From Massalongia carnosa (taxonomy: Eukaryota), in assembly GCA_965645245.1 (NCBI GenBank), contig OZ287079.1:1364001-1428000 (forward strand): a stretch of 64,000 nucleotides of DNA, written 5' to 3'. Each line of letters begins with the position of its first letter. Position 1 is the stretch's first letter. Of this stretch, positions 11,671 to 22,905 are shown in pieces. A program made the translations under genes and the position numbers. A model generated the notes under the pieces. The model was given only the letters and a program-made list of their open reading frames with translations, searched no databases and was not told the origin of the DNA.

Positions 11671-12820
11671 CAAATCAATAACACGTCCCTGTGAAGGGGG
11701 TTCTGCGGGGGCTCGTTAAGACAGATCTGCACCCCGTTAATATCGGCGTACATATTTTTAGAGGTTCAAGTCCTTTCTAGCAGTCATCAGCTGAAAATGA
11801 TGCATTTTGACACGGGCATGGTGTGGATTTGACACGGGTAGACCTCGATGGATCACAAAACGAATGAAAAGAGTTCAGCGGAACTTCGTTAATATTGTTC
11901 TCGAAGACCTCGTTAATAAGATTTTCATAGACCTCGTTAACAACGTTCAGTCATACTCTTAAAGGTTCAAGTCCTTTCATGCAGTCATCGGCTGAGAGCT
12001 AAAGACGTACGACACGGGTCAGCTATGTCTGTCACACGGGTCTCCTTCGTCTACAACACGGAGCCCTCCGGCTGAAAGAAATAAAACATATAGACACATA
12101 GTGTAGGGTCACACCCTACACGATACAAGGGATTTGGGTTATGAAAACCATCCGATTGATGGCTACCGTGAGCAACACGGCCCGAACCGGAGTCGTACCG
12201 GGGATGGTAGAGGCAACCTAGTCATCAAATAGGACACCCTTGGGACAAGAAGAGGGCAATATACGAGGAACCCGTTAATTGATAACAGTCTAGGCCCTGA
12301 GCTAATAGACGAATTTCAAACGAGCACCCCTCCGAGTTGTCCTCGACTCGTTTTGGTTAGTAGGGACGGAAAATCGATACTATACTGCCTGGTCAGGAGC
12401 ATAGTAGTCGAAATCCCTGCGAGACATGGTCGGTTCATAAACGGGAGACCTTTATGAATAACGCGAAGTGGGCGTAAAAAACCCGTGAGGCGTGGTATAC
12501 AATGGCGGCCACCGTACGGAGACCGTCTGCATAGCCCGAGAGGACAGTATGCGCATGTCGGTGTATATAGAGCAGGGAATGTCTATCTCGCTCGTAACGA
12601 GACCCCGTCGGTTCGCCGGCGCATGGGCTACGGCTAGACTCGCCCTTGATATATGCTTAAGGAGTAAACTGGGTTTGACCTGGGCGAAAGGGACGTCGTT
12701 CACCCCAATCGTAGAATTCATCAATAATCTTGGGCCGTAAAACGCACCAGTGAGATGAACGAAAACTGGGATAGAGACTTCACGAAGGAGAGAGATGTCA
12801 ACTCTATTTTATCATTCTTA

Positions 12821-15232
12821 GCCTTACTGAATTGTCTTGGTAAAATTGCGGAGAAAATAGTTGCTAATCGACTAGCCTACCTCGGCGAAAATTCGAGCTT
12901 GTTAGATACCGAACAAATGGGCGGACGGAAAAATCATTCTGCAATCGATGCGGTAATGAACGTCGTTCATGATATCGAAATCGCAAACCGAAACAAAAAC
13001 GTTTTATCATGTCTATTACTCGATGTCAAAGGAGCATTTGACTTTGTTTCGATTAATCAATTGCTAAATGTTATGAAAAAGCTGCATTTATCTCGCACAG
13101 TTATTCAATGGGTCAAGCATTTTATGACAGAACGATCGATCAATTTGATATTCGATGAACACAAAAGCAAAACGTACTATATCGAATCTGGAATTCCACA
13201 AGGTTCACCAATTTCGCCAATTCTATTTCTGATTTATATTCGTTACTTATTTCCGAAAATACGAATGAAATTCAATGCTCATTCACCTAGCTTTATAGAC
13301 GATGTTGCAATATATGTCGAAAATAAAACTGCCATACAGAATTGGAAAGAAATCGAAATTATCGTCAAAACAGCTTTTGATTGGGCCGCAACGAATAATG
13401 TCAAATTTGATGACGACAAATCTGAGTTGATTCACTTCGAAAAGTCAAGAAATGCATCAAAAGACAATGTGCAATTACCAAACGGGACAATACTAGAACC
13501 GAAAAATTCTGTCAAATGGTTAGGAGTCTGGTTAGACCGAAAACTAAATTACAAAAAACACGTCGGAACGCGAATTGCTTCTGCAAATCGATCGTTTTTC
13601 GCAATTCAAAATTTGATGAAGTCTGAATGGGGACTAAAACCAACTGCATGCAGAAAGCTCTATTTGTCATGCATTATTCCTATTTCGGACTATGGCTCAG
13701 AAATCTGGTATAACGGTCAAAAAAAATATGAAAAGCTATTTCAGAATCTGCAAAATCGAATGATTCGAAAGATTTTAGGCACATTCAAAACGACGCCTGT
13801 TCAGGCGATGGAAATTGAATCGCATATTTTACCAGCCAAGCTACGATTGTTGATGAAAAATCAAAAATACGCAATTCGATTATTGAAGATTGCCGAAAAT
13901 AATCCTATTTGTCAAAGAATTCCCAGTACCTATACGGTGAAATTTGAAAACATTGGTTTTGACACTAGTTTATGGAACAACAGATATGCTGAATGGAACG
14001 AAGACGAGAAAAAATCGAGTAAACCTCATCCTAGTCAGCTTATCCGTATTCTTCATTCCGTTTCGGATATAGTTCACAAAACTGATGAATTCGAATCAGT
14101 AAATAATTTCATCAAACCATGGAAGCCGTCTTGTAAAATCAAGTTCCAAATCGAAAGATCAAAAGAAACAGCAAAGTCAAGTTATTATTCGACTTTATCA
14201 AAAATTCAATCAATAAACGCCGATAAATCGCAAATTTTACTCTATACCGATAGATCAAAAACCGAGTTTTCAACTTCCGCTGTCACATTTGCACCAATTA
14301 CGCGAAATTGGAACAATTTCACCGATAACTTCAATCGTTTTATCGAAAAAGATTGTCTCCTCAAACATCATACGATTTCGAAAAGCTGGAAATTAAACAA
14401 ACAGTCAAGCGTTAAAAACGCTGAACTGTATGCGATACTACAAGCAATAAAATGGGCATACAAATTGACAATTGAGAATATTCTCTTCAATTTGGAAAAA
14501 ACGATTTGGATTTTTTCCGATAGCATAAACGCGATAAACGAAATTCAGAACTTGACAAATCATACTTACGCAAAACAAATTCGAAAATTCTCGAAATGCT
14601 TATTCGGAAACAATTATCAGGTGGTTCTACAATGGATTCCTAGTCATTCGAAAGTCGTCGAAAATGAAATTGCAGATAAAGCAGCAAAAGCGGGACATAG
14701 TCGAATCCTAGTCGAGTCTTCGATAATAACATTTGATTATGTGAAGGGTCAAATAAATCGAAATATGTTAGCCAAATGGGCGAATCAATGGCAACAATGC
14801 AAGTCAAAAGGCAAATACTATGAGAAATTCGAAATGCAGCCGGGCAAATCGAGTTTTTATTATCTGTCGAATAATTGTTCTAAATTAATATTTGCAACTA
14901 TTATGCAAATAAAATTCGGACACGGTTATTTTCGATCATATCTGCACCGATTGAAAGATTATAATTCGTCAAAATGCACAGGGCGCTGCAACGAACGTCA
15001 AACGCCAGAACACTTATTGATGAATTGCATACATTATTCAAATGAAATCCTAAACATGAAACAAAATATCGATACCACAATTACTTTAAAAATGTTGTTT
15101 AATACTAGGATCGGAAATAATATTTTGATGAAATTTATTGTTGATAACAAAATCGCGACTAGAAAATGGATGCTAGGTCAGCTCGATGACGAAAATATCG
15201 AAACGGGAGGTTGGGGAGAGATCGAACAGTAA
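12821..15232 (+). CDS. LINE ORF2 portion: reverse transcriptase, RNase H, CCHC (endonuclease missing)
   Basis: ALLNCLGK, LDVKGAFD, GIPQGSPISP, FIDD, WLGVWLD; RNase H AELYAI/FSDS/WIPSH; first ~22 aa of the track ORF (12755-12820) come from the foreign segment. Confidence 0.95.
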   Translation, partial: ALLNCLGKIAEKIVANRLAYLGENSSLLDTEQMGGRKNHSAIDAVMNVVHDIEIANRNKNVLSCLLLDVKGAFDFVSINQLLNVMKKLHLSRTVIQWVKHFMTERSINLIFDEHKSKTYYIESGIPQGSPISPILFLIYIRYLFPKIRMKFNAHSPSFIDDVAIYVENKTAIQNWKEIEIIVKTAFDWAATNNVKFDDDKSELIHFEKSRNASKDNVQLPNGTILEPKNSVKWLGVWLDRKLNYKKHVGTRIASANRSFFAIQNLMKSEWGLKPTACRKLYLSCIIPISDYGSEIWYNGQKKYEKLFQNLQNRMIRKILGTFKTTPVQAMEIESHILPAKLRLLMKNQKYAIRLLKIAENNPICQRIPSTYTVKFENIGFDTSLWNNRYAEWNEDEKKSSKPHPSQLIRILHSVSDIVHKTDEFESVNNFIKPWKPSCKIKFQIERSKETAKSSYYSTLSKIQSINADKSQILLYTDRSKTEFSTSAVTFAPITRNWNNFTDNFNRFIEKDCLLKHHTISKSWKLNKQSSVKNAELYAILQAIKWAYKLTIENILFNLEKTIWIFSDSINAINEIQNLTNHTYAKQIRKFSKCLFGNNYQVVLQWIPSHSKVVENEIADKAAKAGHSRILVESSIITFDYVKGQINRNMLAKWANQWQQCKSKGKYYEKFEMQPGKSSFYYLSNNCSKLIFATIMQIKFGHGYFRSYLHRLKDYNSSKCTGRCNERQTPEHLLMNCIHYSNEILNMKQNIDTTITLKMLFNTRIGNNILMKFIVDNKIATRKWMLGQLDDENIETGGWGEIEQ

Positions 15233-15517
15233 AATTAGAAATGATTTATGCTGGAATATTTACGAGCTTTACAAAAACAAATTTTAAAATCGATATTTCG
15301 ATTACTAAAGGTTGTTACTAACACGAAGTAAAAACGGGGCAATATTGACGATACATAGTTGGGTTATAAAGGGTTGATTTATTTGTAAAATAAAACCATA
15401 TCTTAAAATAGTTTAGTGTCATAACCTTAGGTTGAATACACTTAATGAATAAATAAAAAAAAACACCAAAATAAGCGAATATCATCAAATTTGAACTTGA
15501 TACCATCTACAAAACAG

Positions 15518-16633
15518 TTACCATCCAGTCATCTTGCCATTCATGTCTAAAACGTCATCTATTCTTTTAGGCATTGATTCGATCCATTCATTAATCGTTT
15601 CCTGAGAAAGACTGACCCAACCCGCCTTAATTGCAGCTATTGTGGTGTCGTCATCCCAATGAGGTTGACGACCTACCCGTTGTTTGGGCACCTGCCAGCA
15701 ATTTTCGATAGGAGAAAGATCAGGAGAACGAGGGCAGTTGAAGTAGTATTTTAGCCCATGCTCGTCCTTCCATCTTCGTACAATATTGTCCTTCCCCGAT
15801 CCATGTCCTGAATCGCCATCTTCTTCCAACACGAAATTCGAGTCTGTTTCGAGCCATGTTTTTACTACCGGTTCCAGAATGAAGTCAATATACACCTTCT
15901 GACTCATCTTTCTATTCGAATTGCTGGGAACCTCATAAAAAATCAGCTCTGATTTGAAGTTCTACCCCACAGCAGCCCAAAAATGATATCGTTTCTGTTT
16001 TTTATCCTTCTCTTCAGGCTCATGTTGTTCCTGAATGCAGTCCTGACACGTACGCTCGCCAGGTTTTCGAATGATGCGTAGTCTTCGTTAAGGTCCTCGT
16101 CCGAAATGAACTTCATCGGAAAAGCGAACTCTTTTCCAATCATTTAACGAGTATGTGTTTCGTTTGTTCCAAGCCCAGTCCTTTCGTGCAGTCATCAAAT
16201 CTTTCGGGACGTAGGTTTTTGTGCATGCGAGACATTTACGATAGTTTCGTTCATGCATCGCTCGTTGTATAGTACGCCAGGAGACGGAGGAAGTCTCAGC
16301 AGCTGCACCCAGTTGATTCCAGGTCAGTGATCTTCCCTCCAAGCCCCAGGTTTGCAATATTTCATCCATACGATCTATCTGCTTCTTTGACAATTTACGA
16401 GGCTGACCACGAGTCTCCGATTTGTTTGTATGACCATGCCGTCGATTAGTTTCTTGATCGTTGAGTATTTCATAACCTCGAGTATGTCCCACGCCGAAAA
16501 ACTCGAAAACCTCTCGCTTTGAACGCAAAATTCCTTTCGCCTGCAAAAATTCAACAGTACCCTGAACTTTCGCCTTCGTAGGAGTGGCATGCTCGGTATT
16601 TATAGTGATTCGTGACTCTAGAACAGGCTCCAT
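15518..16633 (-). pseudogene. DD37E transposase with premature stop
   Basis: VRFSDEVHF, EEDGDSGHG, SPDLSPIENCW (37 residues between second D and E); TAA at 16088-16090. Confidence 0.9.
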
Positions 16634-16940
16634 TGCTTATAAAGAATTGATAAATGTGTATATATACGATGTAAAAATTAAAAAACTAAGGAGTAGGTGG
16701 TGCGGGGAAATTTTGGTGTCCGCCTGTTTCTGTCACGCGCGTGCCTCCATAGCACAATCAGTTCCACTGAGCAAAAAACGGCTGAAAATACATACGCAGC
16801 TAAAAAAGGCAGAAAGCGCTCTAACAATACAAATCCGCACTGGCAAGATCGGGTTAGCTGACTTCTTCTGTAAGCAACGGGTGCCCTCCGTCACCTTACC
16901 GGCCTGCTCATGTGGCTGGCGCAGACAAATTCCAGAATAT

Positions 16941-19881
16941 TGTGGTAGGGCGACATGTGTCATCTATAGTCAGGTGACATTGCAGGCCTTTGTGGGGATA
17001 AAACGGGTTTTTTGCTGGCGTTTTCTTTATCATCTCCGGACATCATCTTCTATTACCTAAGCTGTCATCATCATCGTCGTGTCACGTAGTCATTGACACA
17101 CGTTCATTTCGTGCATCAACTAGTCGTTCAGTCGTTCAGTCGTCGAGTTCTTTTCATGTCTATGCAGTCGTAGGTCTATTTAGACGTTTGTGTGTGTATA
17201 TGTATGTGTTCACTGCTCAGTTCGCCATCTATCATCACGTACCACCATCTTCCATTAGCATGCACGATTACCCTTCTACATTGGCGACCACGGTGCGATA
17301 TATAATTGTACTAGTGCACTTAAGCGGTTGAACTAAGCATCAAACGTCGAAAAACCTCCTTGTTTTGCACCTCTGATCACTCTGACTACTCCACCTCCGA
17401 CCGTGCACGATCGAGTCCTCCCATATCAAATCAAGCATTATGGCCCCCATCAGCTTTTTCACCTTTTCGACCTCCGCTACCGCTACCGTTACCGTTTCAT
17501 CGACTGCATGCGTTCCAGACGTCCATTTCTGGGAATAGCTAGTCGTTTTATTCACTGCACTGATGGCCATTATCTCGTGCTGCACCTTCTGCTTTTGGGC
17601 CAATCATGTGACCGTGACCTACAGGACTAGTTTGACTGCACCTACTCCGTCATCAGTAAAACAATCACGTCAGCGAAGACGAACGAAACGTGGCAGGCCT
17701 AGCAAAAGAGCCTCCGTTTCGACCTCCGAGTCGTCCGAGTCGTCCGAGTCGTTCGAGTCATTCGAGTCGTTCACGTCTATCACTAGTTTACCTTCATCTC
17801 CACCTTTACCTTCATCTACAAATTCACCTCTGAACAAGCGACAACGTCGTCATCTGCCGAGAAAGCGACAGCAAAATAGCCCGTCTATCTCCGTGTCGAG
17901 GGCATCGTCTGTCAGTTTATCAGCACCGTTAGTATCATCATCAACTGCCTCGGTTGCATCCATAAGGTCATACATGAGCATGGAGGAATTGTTCGCGAAA
18001 TATGGGGCACAAAAGGCCTATATGGCCCATACAAACTGTCCAAAATCGCTGCCTATTTGTCCAGCAGTCGCCGTGTCACTACCGGTCACTATGTCTGCAC
18101 CGTCTGCACCGTCTGCACCGTTCATGTCCGCACTATCCACCGCACCACCGTCACCCGTTACCGCTTTTCGTTCTGCCGTGTCTTCGGCACCTGTCATCAC
18201 CGCTATCGAGTCAGCTGACACTGAGTCAGCAATTGAGTCATCTACACGTGGGCCGGAAGGGCCAAAATCAGCAATTTTACGTTCAGCACCTGGTTCTAGC
18301 ACTGAGCTAGCGCGGGCCGGGGAAAGGCCGACCACTGAGTCCGCTGCGTCTACTGTCACTGCGTCTGCTGACACTAAGTCAGTTATTGAGTCATCAAAAA
18401 AGGGGCCGGAAAGGCCAAAATCAACATCATTTCATTCAGCCTCTGCGGTCAATGTAGAGCTAGCTATGGCCGGACGTCTTCCGGACGTCAGCTACGTCGA
18501 AATTGACGACTATTTAGCACCTTCTCGTTCAGCATCACCGTCCCGTTCAGCGTCATCTTTTCGTTCAGCACGTTCAACAAATTCAGCATCATCATTCGTT
18601 CAATCAGTGACCTTCGTTTCGTCAAATGTCTATGAATATCTGTCTACTTTGTCGCTCATTCAGTCATCTATCTCTCGTTGAGTACTAGGGTTTTTATATT
18701 TGCAGGCCTCGACCTGGATAGTTCCTATGTGTCGACTGTTCAGCCTTCCCCTTTCGGAAGCCCTAAATCAACTAGCAGGTGCTGATAACACGAAAATAAT
18801 GCTGCACACTGTCGTGGGTCGAGAGATGTTGACCGAGTTTCTGACAAAAGTGAAAGAAATTCTCGCACGGTCATCAGCTAGTGCCACCGTGTCAGCCAAT
18901 CGGGTGATGTCGTTTCCACCTCCATGTAGGTCAGGGCCATGGCAGTCAAACCGAGCTAGGCACGAACGGGCTAGACGTGCAAAACGTACGCGCTGGATAC
19001 TACCTGCACCTCTGGTTTCATATTGTTCCACTCCATTTGACAGGCCCGGCCTATCTAATCAGTCAGCGTCAGCAACAGCACCGTCAGCATCTCCGTCGTT
19101 ATCATCAGCCCTACCAGCTGCACCACCGGTTGATGACTTGCCATTACCTGAAACGGTCACGTCGTCAACATTTGAGGCCTATCGGGCGAGCGGTGCGTTT
19201 ATTCCGCCTCAGGCTAACTCCATATAGTCGTCCGGATCACCGTCAACAGACCTATCAGTCAGTCAACAACGGTTTATTCAGTTCGTGTCCACCCCCGATG
19301 GCTTGCAGGTAATAGTGACGATGATGGAGGCTATTCAGCAGCGGATAGGGGTCGATGTGAGTTGTGTTTTTCACATGTGACTTGATCATATGAGCTGTAA
19401 TTGGCCCGCAGGGCAGACTAGTGAGGCGGATAGACTAGAGGCGAGGCGAGGGCTCAGAGACGAATTCTGATTGGTCAGGAGAGGTGAGCTGGCGAAGTGT
19501 TGACAGATGCCAGGGGACGGCATCTTTGGGGTGTGAGGCTATGTGGTAGGGCGACGTGTTTTATCTATAGTCAGGTGACATGGCAGGCCTGTGTAGGGAT
19601 AAAACGGGTTTTTTGCTGGCGTTTTCTTCATCATCTCCGGACATCATCTTCTATTACCTAAGCTGTCATCATCATCGTCGTGTCACGTAGTCATCGATAC
19701 ACGTTCATTTCGTACATCAACTAGTCGTTCAGTAGTTCAGTCGTCGAGTTCTTTTCTTGTCTATGCAGTCGTAGGTCTATTCAGACGTTTGTGTGTGTAT
19801 GTGTATGTGTTCACTGCTCAGTTCGCCATCTATCATCACGTACTACCACCTTCCATTAGCACGCACGACTACCCTTCTTCA
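16941..19881 (+). mobile_element. Non-autonomous LTR element (340-bp LTRs at 16941-17280 and 19542-19881) with Ser/Pro-rich ORFs
   Basis: TG..CA direct repeats; TGGCGACCACGG PBS-like after 5' LTR; flanks ATAT/ACAT; no RT/IN motifs seen. Confidence 0.9.
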
Positions 19882-19990
19882 ACATGTAATCATGTTCTGC
19901 AGACTTATTGACAATAGAGAATAGATGTTTCGCGCCGCCGGCACGAGCGACTATCAGCAGCTGACCGAATAATCAAAAACTCTGAAGATA

Positions 19991-21327
19991 TAGTCCCGTG
20001 CCAAAAGTCTGCGGCCCAACCCGTAATTTTCGTGATTCGCGTTTTCAACCCATCAACCCCCTAAACTCCACCTTATCATTTCACCATGATTCGTGCTTCT
20101 TTGACCCCCATAAGTGGTAATCGGCCTCGTAACACTGAATTGACGCCATATCAACGTGGTATGATGGTTGGGGCCCAGGCGTTGGGGCACACACCGACCG
20201 AGATTGGGAAGACTCTTAATTTCACTAAATCGACCGTGCAGAGCACAATTCAGAAGCGCTCAATTCGCAACGACGGCGTGTCTAAATCACGTTCTGGACG
20301 GCATGAAGTGCTGTCAGAACGCGATCGACGTTATATCATCAAGCATGCACGAATCAATCCACGAATCACTTATGCACAAATCAAGCTAGAAGTGGGGCTC
20401 GGCTGCAGTCGTACGACTATTTATCGGGCACTCAAACTGTATGGGTTAACCAACTGGGTGGCTAAAAAACGACCTTTATTGACGCCTGAGGTGGCCAAGA
20501 AACGATTGGATTAGTGCTTGCTGCGGCTTGAGTAGACTTTTGAGCAGTAGTCAAGAGTTGTATGGTCAGATGAGTGCTCGGTGGAAAAGGGGTCAGGAAA
20601 ACAGCGTCAGTAGGTGTTCAGATTGCCGAAAGAAAAATGGAATAAAGAGATGATACAACCTGTCCCCAAAGGCAAAGGAGTCAGTATCATAGTCTGGGCA
20701 GCTTTTTGGGGAGATGTCAGGTTTGATCTTTACAAATTGGCTCGTGATTTTGCTGCGAAGAAGATGGGGTACTCGGCGAACTCGTATATGGAATTATTGA
20801 ACGATAATCTGCTTGGAATTTGGCAACCGGGCCTCATTTTCATGCAGGATAACGTACCTATACATAAGGCTAAAAAGGTGATAGAATGTTACAATGAGAA
20901 CGGCATAGAGGTCATCGATTGGCCCCCCTATTCACATGATTTAAATCCCATCGAGCACGTTTGGTATGTGCTCAAAAAGCTCGTCTATCAAGTAAACCCG
21001 AATATAGATTTGGTGATCGGCAGTGATGAAAATGTTCGTGAGATACTTTGGAAAGCGTTAGAAGAAGCCTAGACGTTGATAGATGTGAAAATGATGAGGA
21101 GGTTAATAGAGAGCATGAAAAGGAGGATAAAAGCGTGTATAGCGTCGGAAGGATACTATACTAAATATTAAAAATTAATTTTTGGGGGAATTCTTGTTTA
21201 GTATGTATATAATTATTATATAAAATTTCAAGACATTTCAGCACTCGTGACGTGGTTGATTGTTGATTGAATAGAATGATTGAAATGTTGGTGGGGTGCG
21301 GGGCCGCAGATTTTTGGCCTAGTACTG
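19991..21327 (+). mobile_element. Tc1/impala-like transposon; DD34E transposase pseudogene at 20086-21171
   Basis: Imperfect TIRs, TA flanks; VWSDEC, FMQDNVPIH, PPYSHDLNPIE; several TAG stops. Confidence 0.9.
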
Positions 21328-21377
21328 TACTAACTAATTGGCTAATAAAATAGACTTATTGAATCAATTCTCACTAG

Positions 21378-21861
21378 TGTAATAGGGTAAGCCTAGTACG
21401 CGTTCGTTGAACGTAAGACTGGCCTATGTGGCTATGTGGGATACGTACAGCCAAAACAACTACCAAGACAATAAGGTCCCGCCTAACCCAGTTAGGCATA
21501 GTGTGGGGACTTAACTTATTATAGAGGTGTTTTCGTCGTACACGAAGTATCTCCTCGCCTCGCCTCACCTCCCCTAGCTCACCTGCCTAGTCTTATCTAC
21601 CCGTGTCTTTCGGTGTCCGAAGTATTTCGGAGTCCGAAAATACCATGTAGTATGGGCAAGGTATGGAAGAAGAGCTTAGGTTATGGATTGTCCTATCCTA
21701 TATAGATCAATTATCAAGTACTTTAAAAGGGTAGCATTTACTCTACCCTTTGACCCGACCCAAACTATTTGTATCTCTATTGTGACAATCACGTTGTGTA
21801 GCCCCTGTGGATCCCATCTTCCAGTAGTGAATGCCTGCTGGGAGAAGGTCTCCCCGTTTCA
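21378..21861. mobile_element. Solo LTR (484 bp)
   Basis: TG...CA, TSD ACTAG; removal restores LNQFSLASKLLY. Confidence 0.85.
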
Positions 21862-22905
21862 ACTAGCATCAAAATTATTGTACAATCAACAATAGTTGAA
21901 CGTTTCGTTCTTTCTTCTCATTTCACAAGGCATTAGAGTTCCTGGACGTCTTTTGCACTGCGTCTCCCGCCCGACGTCAACCCGTAGTCACATCGGATTG
22001 GTATCAAGGGATATGGTTTTTACACTTGTGAAAGGTATTCTATGTAATATAACTTAGATAGCTTTGCCCGCACGGGCCGGCCTACGGCCGGTATCTTTTC
22101 GAAGTAGGAATATATTATCATCATCATAATCATGATTTGCAAACTCTATTTGCTTTTTTTTCAACCTCATTTGCAAATTTTATTAATAAGTAGATATATA
22201 TCAATTGCGCGTTCTGATAGTAACTCCTGGTCTGACGATAGCCCCCTTGATAAAAGTTAGACTGCTCATCCTTATAACCCTTATCACCTTTATTATTCTC
22301 ATTATTCTCAGTGTTGAGCTCTGCAAGGATATCTTGGATAGCCTTATTATGCTAATGCTTATATGTTGAAAGACGCCCACATTAAGGGATTGCATACAAT
22401 GAGTCAGATGTGGTATCAGGGGGAGAAGGCGAATGTAATTTTTTATTGGCAAGCTTTATTAACTCAGGGGTGCAATGAGTCCTATGATTATTCATGAGCA
22501 TCAATTTCTACTGCTTTGTAGGCCCCTAGTCTGTATTCGCAATGAAATACTTTAAAAACTTAATGACTATTTCATCGGTGATGAACCGAATTTCTGATAC
22601 TTCAATCAGAGTCCCCGTGGGCAGCCCTTCTTGGAACCTGTTCTGCATTATTCTACGACCTTGCATGATTAAAATGGGAGAAGGTGGTTGGTTGATAAAT
22701 AGCGGTGTTGATGATTTCGATTATGATGAGAGATTTGCGATTTTCTGAACTGATTGAATAGAACTCCTTAATATCTGTAATGGGCTACGAGACCAGTAAG
22801 CTAATCACGAGCGACACTGATCTCGAAAGGGGAAATGCTCAGCCTGAGAGGTATTATGATCTACCTAGAGACAAGTCATAGGGACACTAGAAACGAATAC
22901 AATAA

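Larger units (their letters stand above)
10937..15462 (+). mobile_element. Chimeric LINE insertion: 1.9-kb foreign segment fused to a 5'-truncated LINE
   Basis: 14-bp TSD ACACCAAAATAAGC at 10923-10936 and 15463-15476, the latter right after the poly(A). Confidence 0.88.
10899..16743 (-). mobile_element. Tc1/mariner-like DD37E transposon with 34-bp TIRs, interrupted by a LINE
   Basis: Perfect TIR CACGCGCGTGACAGAAACAGGCGGACACCAAAAT at 10899-10932 and 16710-16743. Confidence 0.9.
9145..22135 (+). mobile_element. Fragmented Tad1-like LINE 3' part hosting six insertions
   Basis: Pieces join in frame: STWGATFAKARQVYSAVVRPAMTYG / TIAGAFKATP / IQIRTGKIGL..CSCGWRRQ.PEHVIMFC / LNQFSLASKLLYNQQ*; then stem-loop and (ATC)n tail. 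Confidence 0.85.

Noticed and set aside
11221..11995. Hammerhead ribozymes on the minus strand (CTGATGA in three of four motif copies)
   Set aside because: No stem II followed by GAAA and no stem III/UH site; the fourth copy reads CCGATGA
11221..11995. tRNA genes or a CRISPR array
   Set aside because: Only a T-arm-like hairpin with no cloverleaf; spacing irregular (about 100-430 bp); eukaryotic context with no cas genes
12140..12670. Mitovirus RdRp read with TGA=Trp
   Set aside because: The frame still contains TAG stops and no RdRp motif; kept only as a search suggestion
12755..12820. Start codon of an 825-aa LINE protein
   Set aside because: These codons lie in the foreign segment; the in-frame fusion is probably fortuitous and the endonuclease domain is missing
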